From Escherichia coli (GTDB lineage Bacteria; Pseudomonadota; Gammaproteobacteria; Enterobacterales; Enterobacteriaceae), in NCBI RefSeq assembly GCF_044647545.1, contig NZ_CP172818.1: a stretch of DNA of 64,000 bases, one strand, 5' to 3'. The notes under the pieces were generated by a model. The model searched no databases, was not told the DNA's origin, and was given only the letters and a program-made list of their open reading frames with translations. Positions 11,729-24,220 of this stretch are shown here, in pieces. Every line of letters begins with the position of its first letter. Within the stretch, counting starts at the first letter, position 1. A program made the position numbers and the translations under genes.

Positions 11729-12946
11729 ATGAGTAGCGTAGATATTCTGGTCCCTGACCTGCCTGAATCCGTAGCCGATGCCACCGTCGCAACCTGGCAT
11801 AAAAAACCCGGCGACGCAGTCGTACGTGATGAAGTGCTGGTAGAAATCGAAACTGACAAAGTGGTACTGGAAGTACCGGCATCAGCAGACGGCATTCTGG
11901 ATGCGGTTCTGGAAGATGAAGGTACAACGGTAACGTCTCGTCAGATCCTTGGTCGCCTGCGTGAAGGCAACAGCGCGGGTAAAGAAACCAGCGCCAAATC
12001 TGAAGAGAAAGCGTCCACTCCGGCGCAACGCCAGCAGGCGTCTCTGGAAGAGCAAAACAACGATGCGTTAAGCCCGGCGATCCGTCGCCTGCTGGCTGAA
12101 CATAACCTCGACGCCAGCGCCATTAAAGGCACCGGTGTGGGTGGTCGTCTGACCCGTGAAGATGTGGAAAAACATCTGGCGAAAGCCCCGGCGAAAGAGT
12201 CTGCTCCGGCAGCGGCTGCTCCGGCGGCGCAACCGGCCCTGGCTGCACGTAGCGAAAAACGTGTGCCGATGACTCGCCTGCGTAAGCGTGTGGCAGAGCG
12301 TCTGCTGGAAGCGAAAAACTCCACCGCCATGCTGACCACGTTCAACGAAGTCAACATGAAGCCGATTATGGATCTGCGTAAGCAGTACGGTGAAGCGTTT
12401 GAAAAACGCCACGGCATCCGTCTGGGCTTTATGTCCTTCTACGTGAAAGCGGTGGTTGAAGCCCTGAAACGTTACCCGGAAGTGAATGCTTCTATCGACG
12501 GCGATGACGTGGTTTACCACAACTATTTCGACGTCAGCATGGCGGTTTCTACGCCGCGCGGCCTGGTGACGCCGGTACTGCGTGATGTCGATACCCTCGG
12601 TATGGCAGACATTGAGAAGAAAATTAAAGAGCTGGCTGTTAAAGGCCGTGACGGCAAGCTGACGGTTGAAGATCTGACCGGTGGCAACTTCACCATCACC
12701 AACGGTGGTGTGTTCGGTTCCCTGATGTCTACGCCTATCATCAACCCGCCGCAGAGCGCAATTTTGGGTATGCACGCTATCAAAGATCGTCCGATGGCCG
12801 TGAATGGTCAGGTTGAGATCCTGCCGATGATGTACCTGGCGCTGTCCTACGATCACCGTCTGATCGATGGTCGCGAATCCGTGGGCTTCCTGGTAACGAT
12901 CAAAGAGTTGCTGGAAGATCCGACGCGTCTGCTGCTGGACGTGTAG
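11729..12946 (+). CDS. sucB: Dihydrolipoyllysine-residue succinyltransferase (E2) of 2-oxoglutarate dehydrogenase
   Basis: ORF track; 405 aa; lipoyl domain, Ala/Pro linker, catalytic domain with DHRLIDG. Confidence 0.96.
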
Positions 12947-13035
12947 TAGTTTAAGTTTCACCTGCACTGTAGACCGACGGGATGTGTCGGTCTACGGTTT
13001 AAAAGATAACGATTACTGAAGGATGGACAGAACAC

Positions 13036-14202
13036 ATGAACTTACATGAATATCAGGCAAAACAACTTTTTGCCCGCTATGGCTTACCAGCACCGGTGGG
13101 TTATGCCTGTACTACTCCGCGCGAAGCAGAAGAAGCCGCTTCAAAAATCGGTGCCGGTCCGTGGGTAGTGAAATGTCAGGTTCACGCTGGTGGCCGCGGT
13201 AAAGCGGGCGGTGTGAAAGTGGTAAACAGCAAAGAAGACATCCGTGCTTTTGCAGAAAACTGGCTGGGCAAGCGTCTGGTAACGTATCAAACAGATGCCA
13301 ATGGCCAACCGGTTAACCAGATTCTGGTTGAAGCAGCGACCGATATCGCTAAAGAGCTGTATCTCGGTGCCGTTGTAGACCGTAGTTCACGTCGCGTGGT
13401 CTTTATGGCCTCCACCGAAGGCGGCGTGGAAATCGAAAAAGTGGCGGAAGAAACTCCGCACCTGATCCACAAAGTTGCGCTTGATCCGCTGACTGGCCCG
13501 ATGCCGTATCAAGGACGCGAGCTGGCGTTCAAACTGGGTCTGGAAGGTAAACTGGTTCAGCAGTTCACCAAAATCTTCATGGGCCTGGCGACCATTTTCC
13601 TGGAGCGCGACCTGGCGCTGATCGAAATCAACCCGCTGGTCATCACCAAACAGGGCGATCTGATTTGCCTCGACGGCAAACTGGGCGCTGATGGCAACGC
13701 ACTGTTCCGCCAGCCTGATCTGCGCGAAATGCGTGACCAGTCGCAGGAAGATCCGCGTGAAGCACAGGCTGCACAGTGGGAACTGAACTACGTTGCGCTG
13801 GACGGTAACATCGGTTGTATGGTTAACGGCGCAGGCCTGGCGATGGGCACCATGGACATCGTTAAACTGCACGGCGGCGAACCAGCTAACTTCCTGGACG
13901 TTGGCGGCGGCGCAACCAAAGAGCGCGTAACCGAAGCGTTCAAAATCATCCTCTCTGACGACAAAGTGAAAGCCGTTCTGGTTAACATCTTCGGCGGTAT
14001 CGTTCGTTGCGACCTGATCGCTGACGGTATCATCGGCGCGGTAGCGGAAGTGGGTGTTAACGTACCGGTCGTGGTACGTCTGGAAGGTAACAACGCCGAA
14101 CTCGGCGCGAAGAAACTGGCTGACAGCGGCCTGAATATTATTGCAGCAAAAGGTCTGACGGATGCAGCTCAGCAGGTTGTTGCCGCAGTGGAGGGGAAAT
14201 AA
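13036..14202 (+). CDS. sucC: Succinyl-CoA synthetase beta subunit
   Basis: ORF track; 388 aa; [15 protein letters not shown]-grasp N-terminus. Confidence 0.96.
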
Positions 14203-15071
14203 TGTCCATTTTAATTGATAAAAACACCAAGGTTATCTGCCAGGGCTTTACCGGTAGCCAGGGGACTTTCCACTCAGAACAGGCTATTGCATACGGCACT
14301 AAAATGGTTGGCGGCGTAACCCCAGGTAAAGGCGGCACCACCCACCTCGGCCTGCCGGTGTTCAACACCGTGCGTGAAGCTGTTGCTGCTACTGGCGCTA
14401 CCGCTTCTGTTATCTACGTACCAGCACCGTTCTGCAAAGACTCCATTCTGGAAGCTATTGATGCAGGCATCAAACTGATTATCACCATCACTGAAGGCAT
14501 CCCGACGCTGGATATGCTGACCGTGAAGGTGAAACTGGATGAAGCGGGCGTTCGCATGATCGGCCCGAACTGCCCAGGCGTTATCACTCCGGGTGAATGC
14601 AAAATCGGTATCCAGCCTGGTCACATTCACAAACCGGGTAAAGTGGGTATCGTTTCCCGTTCCGGTACACTGACCTATGAAGCGGTTAAACAGACCACGG
14701 ATTACGGTTTCGGTCAGTCGACCTGTGTTGGTATCGGCGGCGACCCGATCCCTGGCTCTAACTTTATCGACATCCTCGAAATGTTCGAAAAAGATCCGCA
14801 GACCGAAGCGATCGTGATGATCGGTGAGATCGGCGGTAGCGCTGAAGAAGAAGCGGCTGCGTACATCAAAGAGCACGTTACCAAGCCTGTTGTGGGTTAC
14901 ATCGCTGGTGTGACTGCGCCGAAAGGCAAACGTATGGGCCACGCGGGTGCGATCATTGCCGGTGGGAAAGGGACTGCGGATGAGAAATTCGCTGCTCTGG
15001 AAGCCGCAGGCGTGAAAACCGTTCGCAGCCTGGCTGATATCGGTGAAGCACTGAAAACTGTTCTGAAATAA
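14202..15071 (+). CDS. sucD: Succinyl-CoA synthetase alpha subunit
   Basis: ORF track; 289 aa; start overlaps sucC stop. Confidence 0.96.
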
Positions 15072-15170
15072 ATATCTGTAATAAGAAATAGCCCTCGCCG
15101 CTTCCCTCTACAGGAATGGCGAAGGGCTGTCGGTTTCGACATGGTTGGCCATCATATGATGGCCTTTTTT
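15072..15170 (+). ncRNA. sdhX: 3'-UTR-derived small RNA SdhX (RybD), ending at the sucD terminator
   Basis: Sequence immediately after the sucD stop, ending in hairpin GGCCATCATATGATGGCC plus T6; matches my recollection of the sucD 3'UTR sRNA. Confidence 0.6.
15147..15170. terminator. Bidirectional rho-independent terminator between sucD and mngR
   Basis: Palindrome GGCCATCATATGATGGCC followed by TTTTTT; convergent genes on both sides. Confidence 0.75.
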
Positions 15171-15174
15171 ATGC

Positions 15175-15897
15175 TTATCGCGATGATTTTCGCTGCGCTA
15201 TCAGGGTAAATTTATAGTCATCGGTATTAAAAGCGTTGCGGCTATATTCAAACACCCGACCATCAACTAAATATCCACGCGATACTTTTTCAAGAATCGG
15301 CTTTGTCTGGCTGATATTAAGCAGACGGCTCATCTCTTCGGTTGGCATCAGAGGAATGATTTCCTGTTCGCTACGATCGATAACCATTTTCTTCACTTCT
15401 TCGATAAAGTGATATTTCGAATTTTCCATGACCTGCCAGGTGAGATCCGGGAACAACGCAAGCGGCATCCAGGTTTCTTCCAGCGCCATTGGCTTTTGCT
15501 TGCGATAGCGCACGCGCTTCACATGCCACACACGATCCTGCGGGGTGATTTGTAGCTGTTGCTGAAGAAAATCGTCAGCCGGAATCACTTCGAATATCAG
15601 AACTTCACTGTGTGTATCGACGTGACGGTCCGACAGTTTTTCATCAAAACTGGTTAACTGAAAAATATCGTAATTGACCCGCTCTTCTTTGACGTAAGTC
15701 CCGCTGCCCTGAATGCTTTCGAGGATCTGCTGCTCGACTAGCTGGCGCAAAGCCTGACGCACCGTAACCCGGCTGACGCCAAACTCTGTTTGTAGCGCTG
15801 ATTCAGTGGGTAACGCATCGCCAGGTTTAAGCTCGCCACGCGCAATTTGTTCACGAATGCGATCGGCAATCTGCCGGTATAAGGGCTTGTGTCCCAT
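15175..15897 (-). CDS. mngR: GntR-family transcriptional repressor of the mannosyl-D-glycerate operon
   Basis: ORF track; 240 aa; N-terminal GntR HTH, UTRA C-domain; divergent from mngA. Confidence 0.92.
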   Translation of the reverse strand: MGHKPLYRQIADRIREQIARGELKPGDALPTESALQTEFGVSRVTVRQALRQLVEQQILESIQGSGTYVKEERVNYDIFQLTSFDEKLSDRHVDTHSEVLIFEVIPADDFLQQQLQITPQDRVWHVKRVRYRKQKPMALEETWMPLALFPDLTWQVMENSKYHFIEEVKKMVIDRSEQEIIPLMPTEEMSRLLNISQTKPILEKVSRGYLVDGRVFEYSRNAFNTDDYKFTLIAQRKSSR

Positions 15898-16005
15898 TTT
15901 TAGTATCTCATTAATACGAATTTAACCATTATGCCCGATAAATTCATCCTGTAAATAATACAAATACAATACAAATAATTTCAATCAAGTGAAATTGATC
16001 ACATA

Positions 16006-17982
16006 ATGGTATTGTTTTATCGGGCACACTGGCGCGACTATAAAAACGATCAAGTGAGGATCATGATGAATCTGACGACTCTGACCCACCGCGATGCGTT
16101 GTGTCTGAATGCGCGCTTTACCAGCCGTGAAGAGGCCATCCACGCGTTGACTCAACGTCTTGCTGCTCTGGGGAAAATTTCCAGTACTGAGCAATTTCTG
16201 GAAGAAGTGTATCGCCGTGAAAGCCTTGGCCCGACCGCCTTAGGTGAAGGGTTGGCTGTGCCGCATGGCAAAACTGCTGCGGTAAAAGAAGCGGCGTTTG
16301 CGGTCGCCACACTCAGCGAGCCGCTTCAGTGGGAAGGCGTTGATGGCCCGGAAGCAGTTGATTTAGTGGTGCTGCTGGCGATTCCCCCCAATGAAGCGGG
16401 TACTACGCATATGCAACTGCTGACAGCGCTGACCACGCGCCTTGCGGATGATGAGATTCGGGCGCGTATACAGTCGGCGACGACGCCTGATGAGTTGCTC
16501 TCGGCGCTGGATGACAAGGGAGGCACGCAACCTTCTGCCTCTTTTTCCAACGCGCCAACTATCGTCTGCGTAACGGCCTGTCCGGCGGGTATTGCTCACA
16601 CCTATATGGCTGCGGAATATCTGGAAAAAGCCGGACGCAAACTCGGCGTAAATGTTTACGTTGAAAAACAAGGCGCTAACGGCATTGAAGGGCGTTTAAC
16701 GGCGGATCAACTCAATAGTGCAACCGCCTGTATTTTTGCGGCTGAAGTCGCCATCAAGGAGAGTGAGCGTTTTAATGGCATTCCCGCGCTTTCAGTGCCT
16801 GTTGCCGAGCCGATTCGCCATGCAGAAGCGTTGATCCAACAAGCGCTTACCCTCAAGCGTAGCGATGAGACGCGTACCGTACAGCAAGATACGCAACCGG
16901 TGAAAAGTGTCAAAACGGAGCTGAAACAGGCACTGTTGAGCGGAATCTCTTTTGCCGTACCGTTGATTGTCGCGGGGGGCACGGTGCTGGCGGTCGCGGT
17001 ATTACTGTCGCAAATCTTCGGGCTACAAGATCTGTTTAATGAAGAAAACTCCTGGCTGTGGATGTACCGCAAGCTGGGCGGCGGGCTGCTCGGAATTTTG
17101 ATGGTACCGGTGCTCGCGGCCTATACCGCCTATTCTCTGGCAGATAAACCGGCGTTAGCGCCAGGCTTTGCGGCTGGACTTGCCGCCAACATGATCGGCT
17201 CCGGGTTTCTCGGCGCGGTCGTTGGCGGATTGATAGCCGGTTACTTGATGCGCTGGGTGAAAAATCACTTGCGTCTTAGCAGTAAATTCAATGGATTCCT
17301 GACTTTTTATCTCTACCCGGTGCTCGGTACGTTGGGAGCGGGCAGTCTGATGCTGTTTGTGGTGGGGGAACCTGTCGCCTGGATCAATAACTCGCTTACC
17401 GCCTGGCTGAACGGTCTGTCAGGAAGTAACGCGCTGTTGCTGGGTGCCATTCTCGGTTTTATGTGTTCCTTTGACCTTGGAGGGCCAGTGAATAAAGCCG
17501 CTTATGCATTCTGCCTGGGCGCAATGGCGAACGGCGTTTACGGCCCGTATGCCATTTTCGCCTCCGTCAAAATGGTTTCGGCATTTACCGTAACCGCTTC
17601 CACGATGCTCGCACCGCGCCTGTTTAAAGAGTTTGAAATTGAGACCGGGAAATCCACCTGGCTGTTAGGGCTGGCAGGTATTACCGAAGGGGCGATCCCG
17701 ATGGCGATTGAAGATCCGCTGCGGGTTATTGGTTCGTTTGTGCTGGGCTCTATGGTAACGGGCGCTATTGTCGGTGCGATGAATATCGGCCTTTCGACAC
17801 CCGGTGCCGGCATTTTCTCGCTCTTTTTACTTCATGATAATGGCGCGGGCGGTGTTATGGCGGCAATTGGCTGGTTTGGCGCGGCATTGGTGGGGGCTGC
17901 AATCTCGACTGCAATTCTCCTGATGTGGCGGCGTCACGCGGTTAAGCATGGCAACTATCTGACTGATGGCGTAATGCCATAA
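16006..17982 (+). CDS. mngA: PTS 2-O-alpha-mannosyl-D-glycerate-specific EIIABC component
   Basis: ORF track; 658 aa; EIIA-EIIB-EIIC fructose-family PTS architecture. Confidence 0.92.
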
Positions 17983-17999
17983 ACAAAAAGGAAACGACG

Positions 18000-20633
18000 A
18001 TGAAAGCAGTATCTCGCGTTCACATCACCCCGCATATGCACTGGGATCGAGAGTGGTATTTCACCACCGAAGAGTCACGTATTCTGCTGGTCAATAATAT
18101 GGAAGAGATCCTGTGCCGACTGGAACAGGACAACGAATACAAATATTACGTACTCGACGGGCAAACGGCGATCCTCGAAGATTATTTCGCGGTGAAACCG
18201 GAAAACAAAGACCGTGTGAAGAAACAGGTAGAAGCCGGCAAGTTGATTATCGGCCCCTGGTATACCCAGACCGATACCACGATTGTTTCTGCGGAATCCA
18301 TCGTCCGTAATCTGATGTACGGAATGCGTGACTGCCTCGCGTTTGGCGAGCCGATGAAAATAGGTTATTTACCAGATTCCTTTGGCATGTCCGGGCAACT
18401 GCCGCATATCTACAATGGATTTGGCATTACCCGCACCATGTTCTGGCGCGGATGTTCGGAGCGCCACGGTACTGATAAAACCGAGTTTTTGTGGCAAAGC
18501 AGTGACGGTAGCGAAGTGACGGCGCAGGTGCTGCCGCTGGGCTACGCCATCGGTAAGTACTTACCTGCCGACGAAAACGGATTACGTAAACGCCTCGACA
18601 GTTATTTTGACGTGCTGGAAAAAGCGTCTGTAACCAAAGAGATTTTGCTGCCGAATGGGCATGACCAGATGCCATTGCAGCAAAATATCTTCGAAGTGAT
18701 GGATAAGCTACGTGAGATCTACCCTCAACGTAAGTTTGTGATGAGCCGCTTTGAAGAGGTATTTGAGAAGATCGAAGCGCAGCGAGATAATCTGGCAACC
18801 CTGAAAGGGGAATTTATTGATGGCAAATATATGCGCGTGCATCGCACCATCGGTTCTACGCGTATGGATATCAAAATTGCCCACGCGCGTATTGAAAATA
18901 AGATTGTTAATCTGCTGGAACCGCTGGCAACACTGGCCTGGACGTTGGGTTTTGAATACCACCACGGCTTGCTGGAGAAAATGTGGAAAGAGATCTTAAA
19001 AAATCATGCCCACGACAGTATCGGCTGCTGCTGTAGTGACAAAGTTCATCGCGAAATCGTCGCCCGCTTCGAACTGGCTGAAGACATGGCGGATAATCTG
19101 ATTCGTTTCTACATGCGCAAAATTGCCGACAACATGCCGCAGAGCGACGCCGACAAACTCGTCCTGTTTAACCTGATGCCCTGGCCGCGTGAAGAAGTTA
19201 TCAACACCACTGTGCGGCTGCGCGCCAGCCAGTTTAATTTGCGGGACGATCGCGGTCAGCCTGTACCGTATTTTATTCGCCATGCCCGTGAGATCGATCC
19301 AGGCCTAATCGATCGGCAAATAGTTCATTACGGTAATTACGATCCCTTTATGGAGTTTGATATACAGATCAACCAGATTGTCCCTTCTATGGGCTATCGC
19401 ACGCTTTATATCGAAGCGAATCAGCCTGGCAACGTAATTGCGGCAAAAAGTGACGCTGAAGGGATACTGGAAAATGCTTTCTGGCAAATTGCGCTCAATG
19501 AGGATGGTTCTCTGCAACTGGTAGATAAAGACAGCGGTGTGCGCTATGACCGGGTATTGCAAATTGAAGAAAGCTCTGATGATGGTGATGAATATGACTA
19601 TTCACCCGCAAAAGAAGAGTGGGTAATTACCGCAGCGAACGCGAAACCGCAATGCGATATTATTCATGAAGCCTGGCAGAGCAGGGCTGTTATCCGCTAT
19701 GACATGGCAGTGCCGCTCAATTTGTCAGAACGCAGCGCCCGGCAATCCACTGGCAGAGTAGGGGTGGTGTTGGTTGTCACTCTTAGTCATAACAGCAGGC
19801 GTATTGATGTGGATATCAATCTTGATAACCAGGCTGACGATCATCGCCTTCGTGTCCTGGTCCCTACACCTTTTAACACCGACAGTGTTCTGGCAGATAC
19901 GCAGTTTGGTTCGCTAACGCGCCCCGTGAACGACAGTGCAATGAACAACTGGCAGCAAGAAGGCTGGAAAGAAGCGCCGGTTCCGGTATGGAATATGCTC
20001 AACTATGTTGCCTTACAGGAAGGGCGTAACGGCATGGCTGTCTTTAGCGAAGGGTTACGTGAATTTGAAGTCATCGGTGAAGAGAAGAAAACCTTTGCCA
20101 TTACGTTGCTGCGTGGCGTGGGCTTACTGGGCAAAGAAGATCTGCTTTTAAGGCCTGGGCGGCCTTCGGGAATTAAAATGCCAGTCCCGGACTCACAACT
20201 ACGTGGTCTGCTTTCTTGTCGCCTAAGTTTATTGAGTTATACCGGTACGCCAACCGCCGCTGGTGTAGCTCAGCAGGCGCGAGCATGGCTGACTCCAGTA
20301 CAGTGTTACAACAAAATCCCATGGGATGTGATGAAGCTCAACAAAGCCGGATTCAACGTGCCGGAAAGTTATAGTTTGTTGAAAATGCCCCCAGTGGGAT
20401 GCCTGATAAGCGCACTTAAGAAAGCTGAAGACCGACAAGAAGTGATTTTACGGCTGTTTAATCCGGCTGAATCAGCAACCTGTGATGCGACTGTTGCTTT
20501 CAGTCGCGAGGTGATTTCTTGCTCAGAAACGATGATGGATGAACACATTACCACCGAGGAAAATCAAGGTTCAAATCTATCGGGGCCTTTTTTACCCGGC
20601 CAGTCACGGACGTTCAGTTACCGGCTTGCCTGA
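18000..20633 (+). CDS. mngB: Mannosylglycerate hydrolase (GH38 alpha-mannosidase)
   Basis: ORF track; 877 aa; downstream of mngA. Confidence 0.92.
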
Positions 20634-20689
20634 ATAGCAATCAAACCGAAGCCACATATGCGCGGCCAGATTGTTGACAAAGGGCGCTT

Positions 20690-20800
20690 TGTTCATGCCG
20701 GATACGGCATGAACGCTTTATTCGGTCTACAAAAGCAGGCAAATTCAATATATTGCAGAGATGATGTAGACACTGGCAAGCGTAGCGCATCAGGTAATTT
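20690..20800. repeat. Degenerate REP-like palindromic units downstream of mngB
   Basis: GCCGGATACGGCATGAACGCTTTATTCGGTCTAC and AAGCGTAGCGCATCAGG resemble REP consensus with several mismatches. Confidence 0.4.
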
Positions 20801-20885
20801 TGCGTTTATCTTCACTCTCAAGCCACGTATATGTGGCTTTATTTTTAACAAAATAATAACCCTGGGTGAGTTAATTATAATATAA

Positions 20886-21479
20886 TTATAAGTTAACTAA
20901 ATGTTAATATTGGCGGGGTGGATTTATGCCTTTATTAGTAATCCTGAAACTCTGCGTCGTATTAGCCAGTGACCAAAAAAAGAATTAAGGTCAACCGTGC
21001 TGTTTTTGCTTCGTCTCTTTTTATCTTTAATTGCCAACCGAAACTAATTTCAGCCTTATAACTCACACATTTTAAACATAAATGTCACTAAAGTTACCTT
21101 ATTGAAACATAATTAACATATTTGGTTGGTTTTGATATAAATCAATTTTTAATTCTTGAAAAAAATCTGCAAAACACGATAAATTGTCGTAGATCAAATT
21201 GGTGAGATCGTGACAATTTCGCTATAAATTGATCACTGTCGAAAAATGCAAATTTGCTCAATAAAAACCTGTTTATTGTAAGGATTTTGCGGCGTAATAT
21301 AATTACGGGATCAATTTGGTTTATTCATTAACATATTTGTAACTTTTTTATCATTGTCTTTTCCTCTTTTGATGAAATGGCAACGATAGAGGCGAGCAAA
21401 TAATTTTGTATTGGGGCATGCGTGTGACCCTTTCTAACGGGGTTCACTCTCGGAGTCTTCATGCGATGAGCAAGGAGTC
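20886..21479 (+). promoter_or_regulatory. cydAB multi-promoter control region (AT-rich, FNR/ArcA-regulated)
   Basis: About 600 bp AT-rich non-coding DNA upstream of cydA; contains the FNR-consensus sites listed separately. Confidence 0.6.
21132..21145. promoter_or_regulatory. FNR box (perfect TTGAT-N4-ATCAA) upstream of cydA
   Basis: TTGATATAAATCAA read directly; a second near-consensus TTGTCGTAGATCAA at about 21184-21197. Confidence 0.6.
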
Positions 21480-21482
21480 ATG

Positions 21483-23051
21483 ATGTTAGATATAGTCGAA
21501 CTGTCGCGCTTACAGTTTGCCTTGACCGCGATGTACCACTTCCTTTTTGTGCCACTGACGCTCGGTATGGCGTTCCTGCTGGCCATTATGGAAACGGTCT
21601 ACGTCCTTTCCGGCAAACAGATTTATAAAGATATGACCAAGTTCTGGGGCAAGTTGTTTGGTATCAACTTCGCTCTGGGTGTGGCTACCGGTCTGACCAT
21701 GGAGTTCCAGTTCGGGACTAACTGGTCTTACTATTCCCACTATGTAGGGGATATCTTCGGTGCGCCGCTGGCAATCGAAGGTCTAATGGCCTTCTTCCTC
21801 GAATCCACCTTTGTAGGTCTGTTCTTCTTCGGTTGGGATCGTCTGGGTAAAGTTCAGCATATGTGTGTCACCTGGCTGGTGGCGCTCGGTTCAAACCTGT
21901 CCGCACTGTGGATTCTGGTTGCGAACGGCTGGATGCAAAACCCAATCGCGTCCGATTTCAACTTTGAAACTATGCGTATGGAGATGGTGAGCTTCTCCGA
22001 GCTGGTGCTTAACCCGGTTGCTCAGGTGAAATTCGTTCACACTGTAGCGTCTGGTTATGTGACTGGCGCGATGTTCATCCTCGGTATCAGCGCATGGTAT
22101 ATGCTGAAAGGTCGTGACTTCGCCTTCGCTAAACGCTCCTTTGCTATCGCTGCCAGCTTCGGTATGGCTGCCGTTCTGTCTGTTATTGTTCTGGGTGATG
22201 AATCTGGTTACGAAATGGGCGACGTGCAGAAAACCAAACTGGCTGCTATTGAAGCCGAGTGGGAAACGCAACCTGCGCCTGCTGCCTTTACTCTGTTCGG
22301 CATTCCTGATCAGGAAGAGGAGACGAACAAATTTGCGATCCAGATCCCTTACGCGCTGGGCATCATTGCAACGCGTTCCGTGGATACTCCAGTTATCGGC
22401 CTGAAAGAACTGATGGTGCAGCATGAAGAACGCATTCGTAACGGGATGAAGGCGTACTCTCTGCTCGAGCAACTGCGTTCTGGTTCTACCGACCAGGCGG
22501 TTCGTGACCAGTTCAATAGCATGAAGAAAGACCTCGGTTACGGTCTGCTGCTGAAACGCTATACGCCAAACGTGGCTGATGCGACTGAAGCGCAGATTCA
22601 ACAGGCAACCAAAGACTCCATTCCGCGTGTAGCGCCGCTGTACTTCGCGTTCCGTATTATGGTGGCGTGTGGCTTCCTGCTGCTGGCAATCATCGCGCTC
22701 TCTTTCTGGAGTGTCATCCGCAACCGCATTGGCGAGAAAAAATGGCTGCTGCGCGCCGCGCTGTACGGTATTCCGCTGCCGTGGATTGCTGTAGAAGCGG
22801 GCTGGTTTGTGGCTGAATATGGCCGCCAACCGTGGGCTATCGGTGAAGTGCTGCCGACAGCTGTGGCGAACTCGTCACTGACCGCAGGCGATCTCATCTT
22901 CTCAATGGTGCTGATTTGCGGCCTGTATACCCTGTTCCTGGTGGCAGAATTGTTCTTAATGTTCAAGTTTGCACGCCTCGGCCCAAGCAGCCTGAAAACC
23001 GGTCGCTATCACTTTGAGCAGTCTTCCACGACTACTCAGCCGGCACGCTAA
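21483..23051 (+). CDS. cydA: Cytochrome bd-I ubiquinol oxidase subunit I
   Basis: ORF track 21480..23051; canonical start [12 protein letters not shown]; 522 aa. Confidence 0.96.
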
Positions 23052-23066
23052 GACAGGAGTCGTCAA

Positions 23067-24206
23067 ATGATCGATTATGAAGTATTGCGTTTTATCTGGT
23101 GGCTGCTGGTTGGCGTTCTGCTGATTGGTTTTGCAGTCACTGACGGTTTCGACATGGGGGTGGGCATGCTCACCCGTTTCCTCGGTCGTAACGACACCGA
23201 GCGTCGAATTATGATTAACTCCATTGCACCACACTGGGACGGTAACCAGGTTTGGCTGATCACCGCGGGCGGCGCACTCTTTGCTGCCTGGCCGATGGTC
23301 TATGCCGCTGCGTTCTCCGGCTTCTATGTGGCGATGATCCTCGTGCTGGCGTCTTTGTTCTTCCGTCCGGTCGGTTTTGACTACCGCTCCAAGATTGAAG
23401 AAACCCGCTGGCGTAACATGTGGGACTGGGGCATCTTCATTGGTAGCTTCGTTCCGCCGCTGGTGATTGGTGTAGCGTTCGGTAACCTGTTGCAGGGCGT
23501 ACCGTTCAACGTTGATGAATATCTGCGTCTGTACTACACCGGTAACTTTTTCCAGCTGCTTAACCCGTTCGGCCTGCTGGCAGGCGTGGTGAGCGTAGGG
23601 ATGATCATTACTCAGGGCGCAACCTATCTGCAAATGCGTACCGTGGGTGAACTGCACTTGCGTACCCGTGCAACGGCTCAGGTGGCGGCACTGGTGACAC
23701 TGGTCTGCTTCGCACTGGCTGGCGTATGGGTGATGTACGGTATCGATGGTTATGTTGTGAAATCAACAATGGACCATTACGCAGCCTCTAACCCGCTGAA
23801 TAAAGAAGTGGTTCGTGAAGCTGGCGCATGGCTGGTTAACTTCAACAACACGCCAATTCTGTGGGCTATTCCGGCACTGGGTGTGGTTCTGCCGCTGCTG
23901 ACCATCCTGACTGCACGTATGGATAAAGCCGCGTGGGCGTTTGTGTTCTCCTCCCTGACGCTGGCCTGCATCATCCTGACTGCCGGTATCGCAATGTTCC
24001 CGTTTGTGATGCCGTCCAGCACCATGATGAACGCAAGTCTGACAATGTGGGATGCAACTTCCAGCCAGCTGACGCTTAACGTCATGACCTGGGTTGCGGT
24101 GGTTCTGGTACCGATCATTCTGCTCTACACCGCCTGGTGCTACTGGAAAATGTTCGGTCGTATCACCAAAGAAGATATTGAACGTAACACCCACTCTCTG
24201 TACTAA
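23067..24206 (+). CDS. cydB: Cytochrome bd-I ubiquinol oxidase subunit II
   Basis: ORF track; 379 aa. Confidence 0.96.
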   Translation: MIDYEVLRFIWWLLVGVLLIGFAVTDGFDMGVGMLTRFLGRNDTERRIMINSIAPHWDGNQVWLITAGGALFAAWPMVYAAAFSGFYVAMILVLASLFFRPVGFDYRSKIEETRWRNMWDWGIFIGSFVPPLVIGVAFGNLLQGVPFNVDEYLRLYYTGNFFQLLNPFGLLAGVVSVGMIITQGATYLQMRTVGELHLRTRATAQVAALVTLVCFALAGVWVMYGIDGYVVKSTMDHYAASNPLNKEVVREAGAWLVNFNNTPILWAIPALGVVLPLLTILTARMDKAAWAFVFSSLTLACIILTAGIAMFPFVMPSSTMMNASLTMWDATSSQLTLNVMTWVAVVLVPIILLYTAWCYWKMFGRITKEDIERNTHSLY

Positions 24207-24220
24207 GTAAGGAGCTAAAA

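Noticed and set aside
12068-12967. 299-aa antisense ORF inside sucB
   Set aside because: Antisense to a recognised gene; Arg/His-rich low-complexity translation.
12969-12995. Hairpin GTAGACCGAC...GTCGGTCTAC between sucB and sucC as a possible terminator
   Set aside because: No following T-run and sucCD are co-transcribed with sucAB; more likely a processing or stability stem than a terminator, so not listed as a feature.
20658-20885. 75-aa ORF in the mngB-cydA intergenic region
   Set aside because: Overlaps REP-like palindromes; no RBS; AT-rich regulatory DNA; not a recognisable protein.
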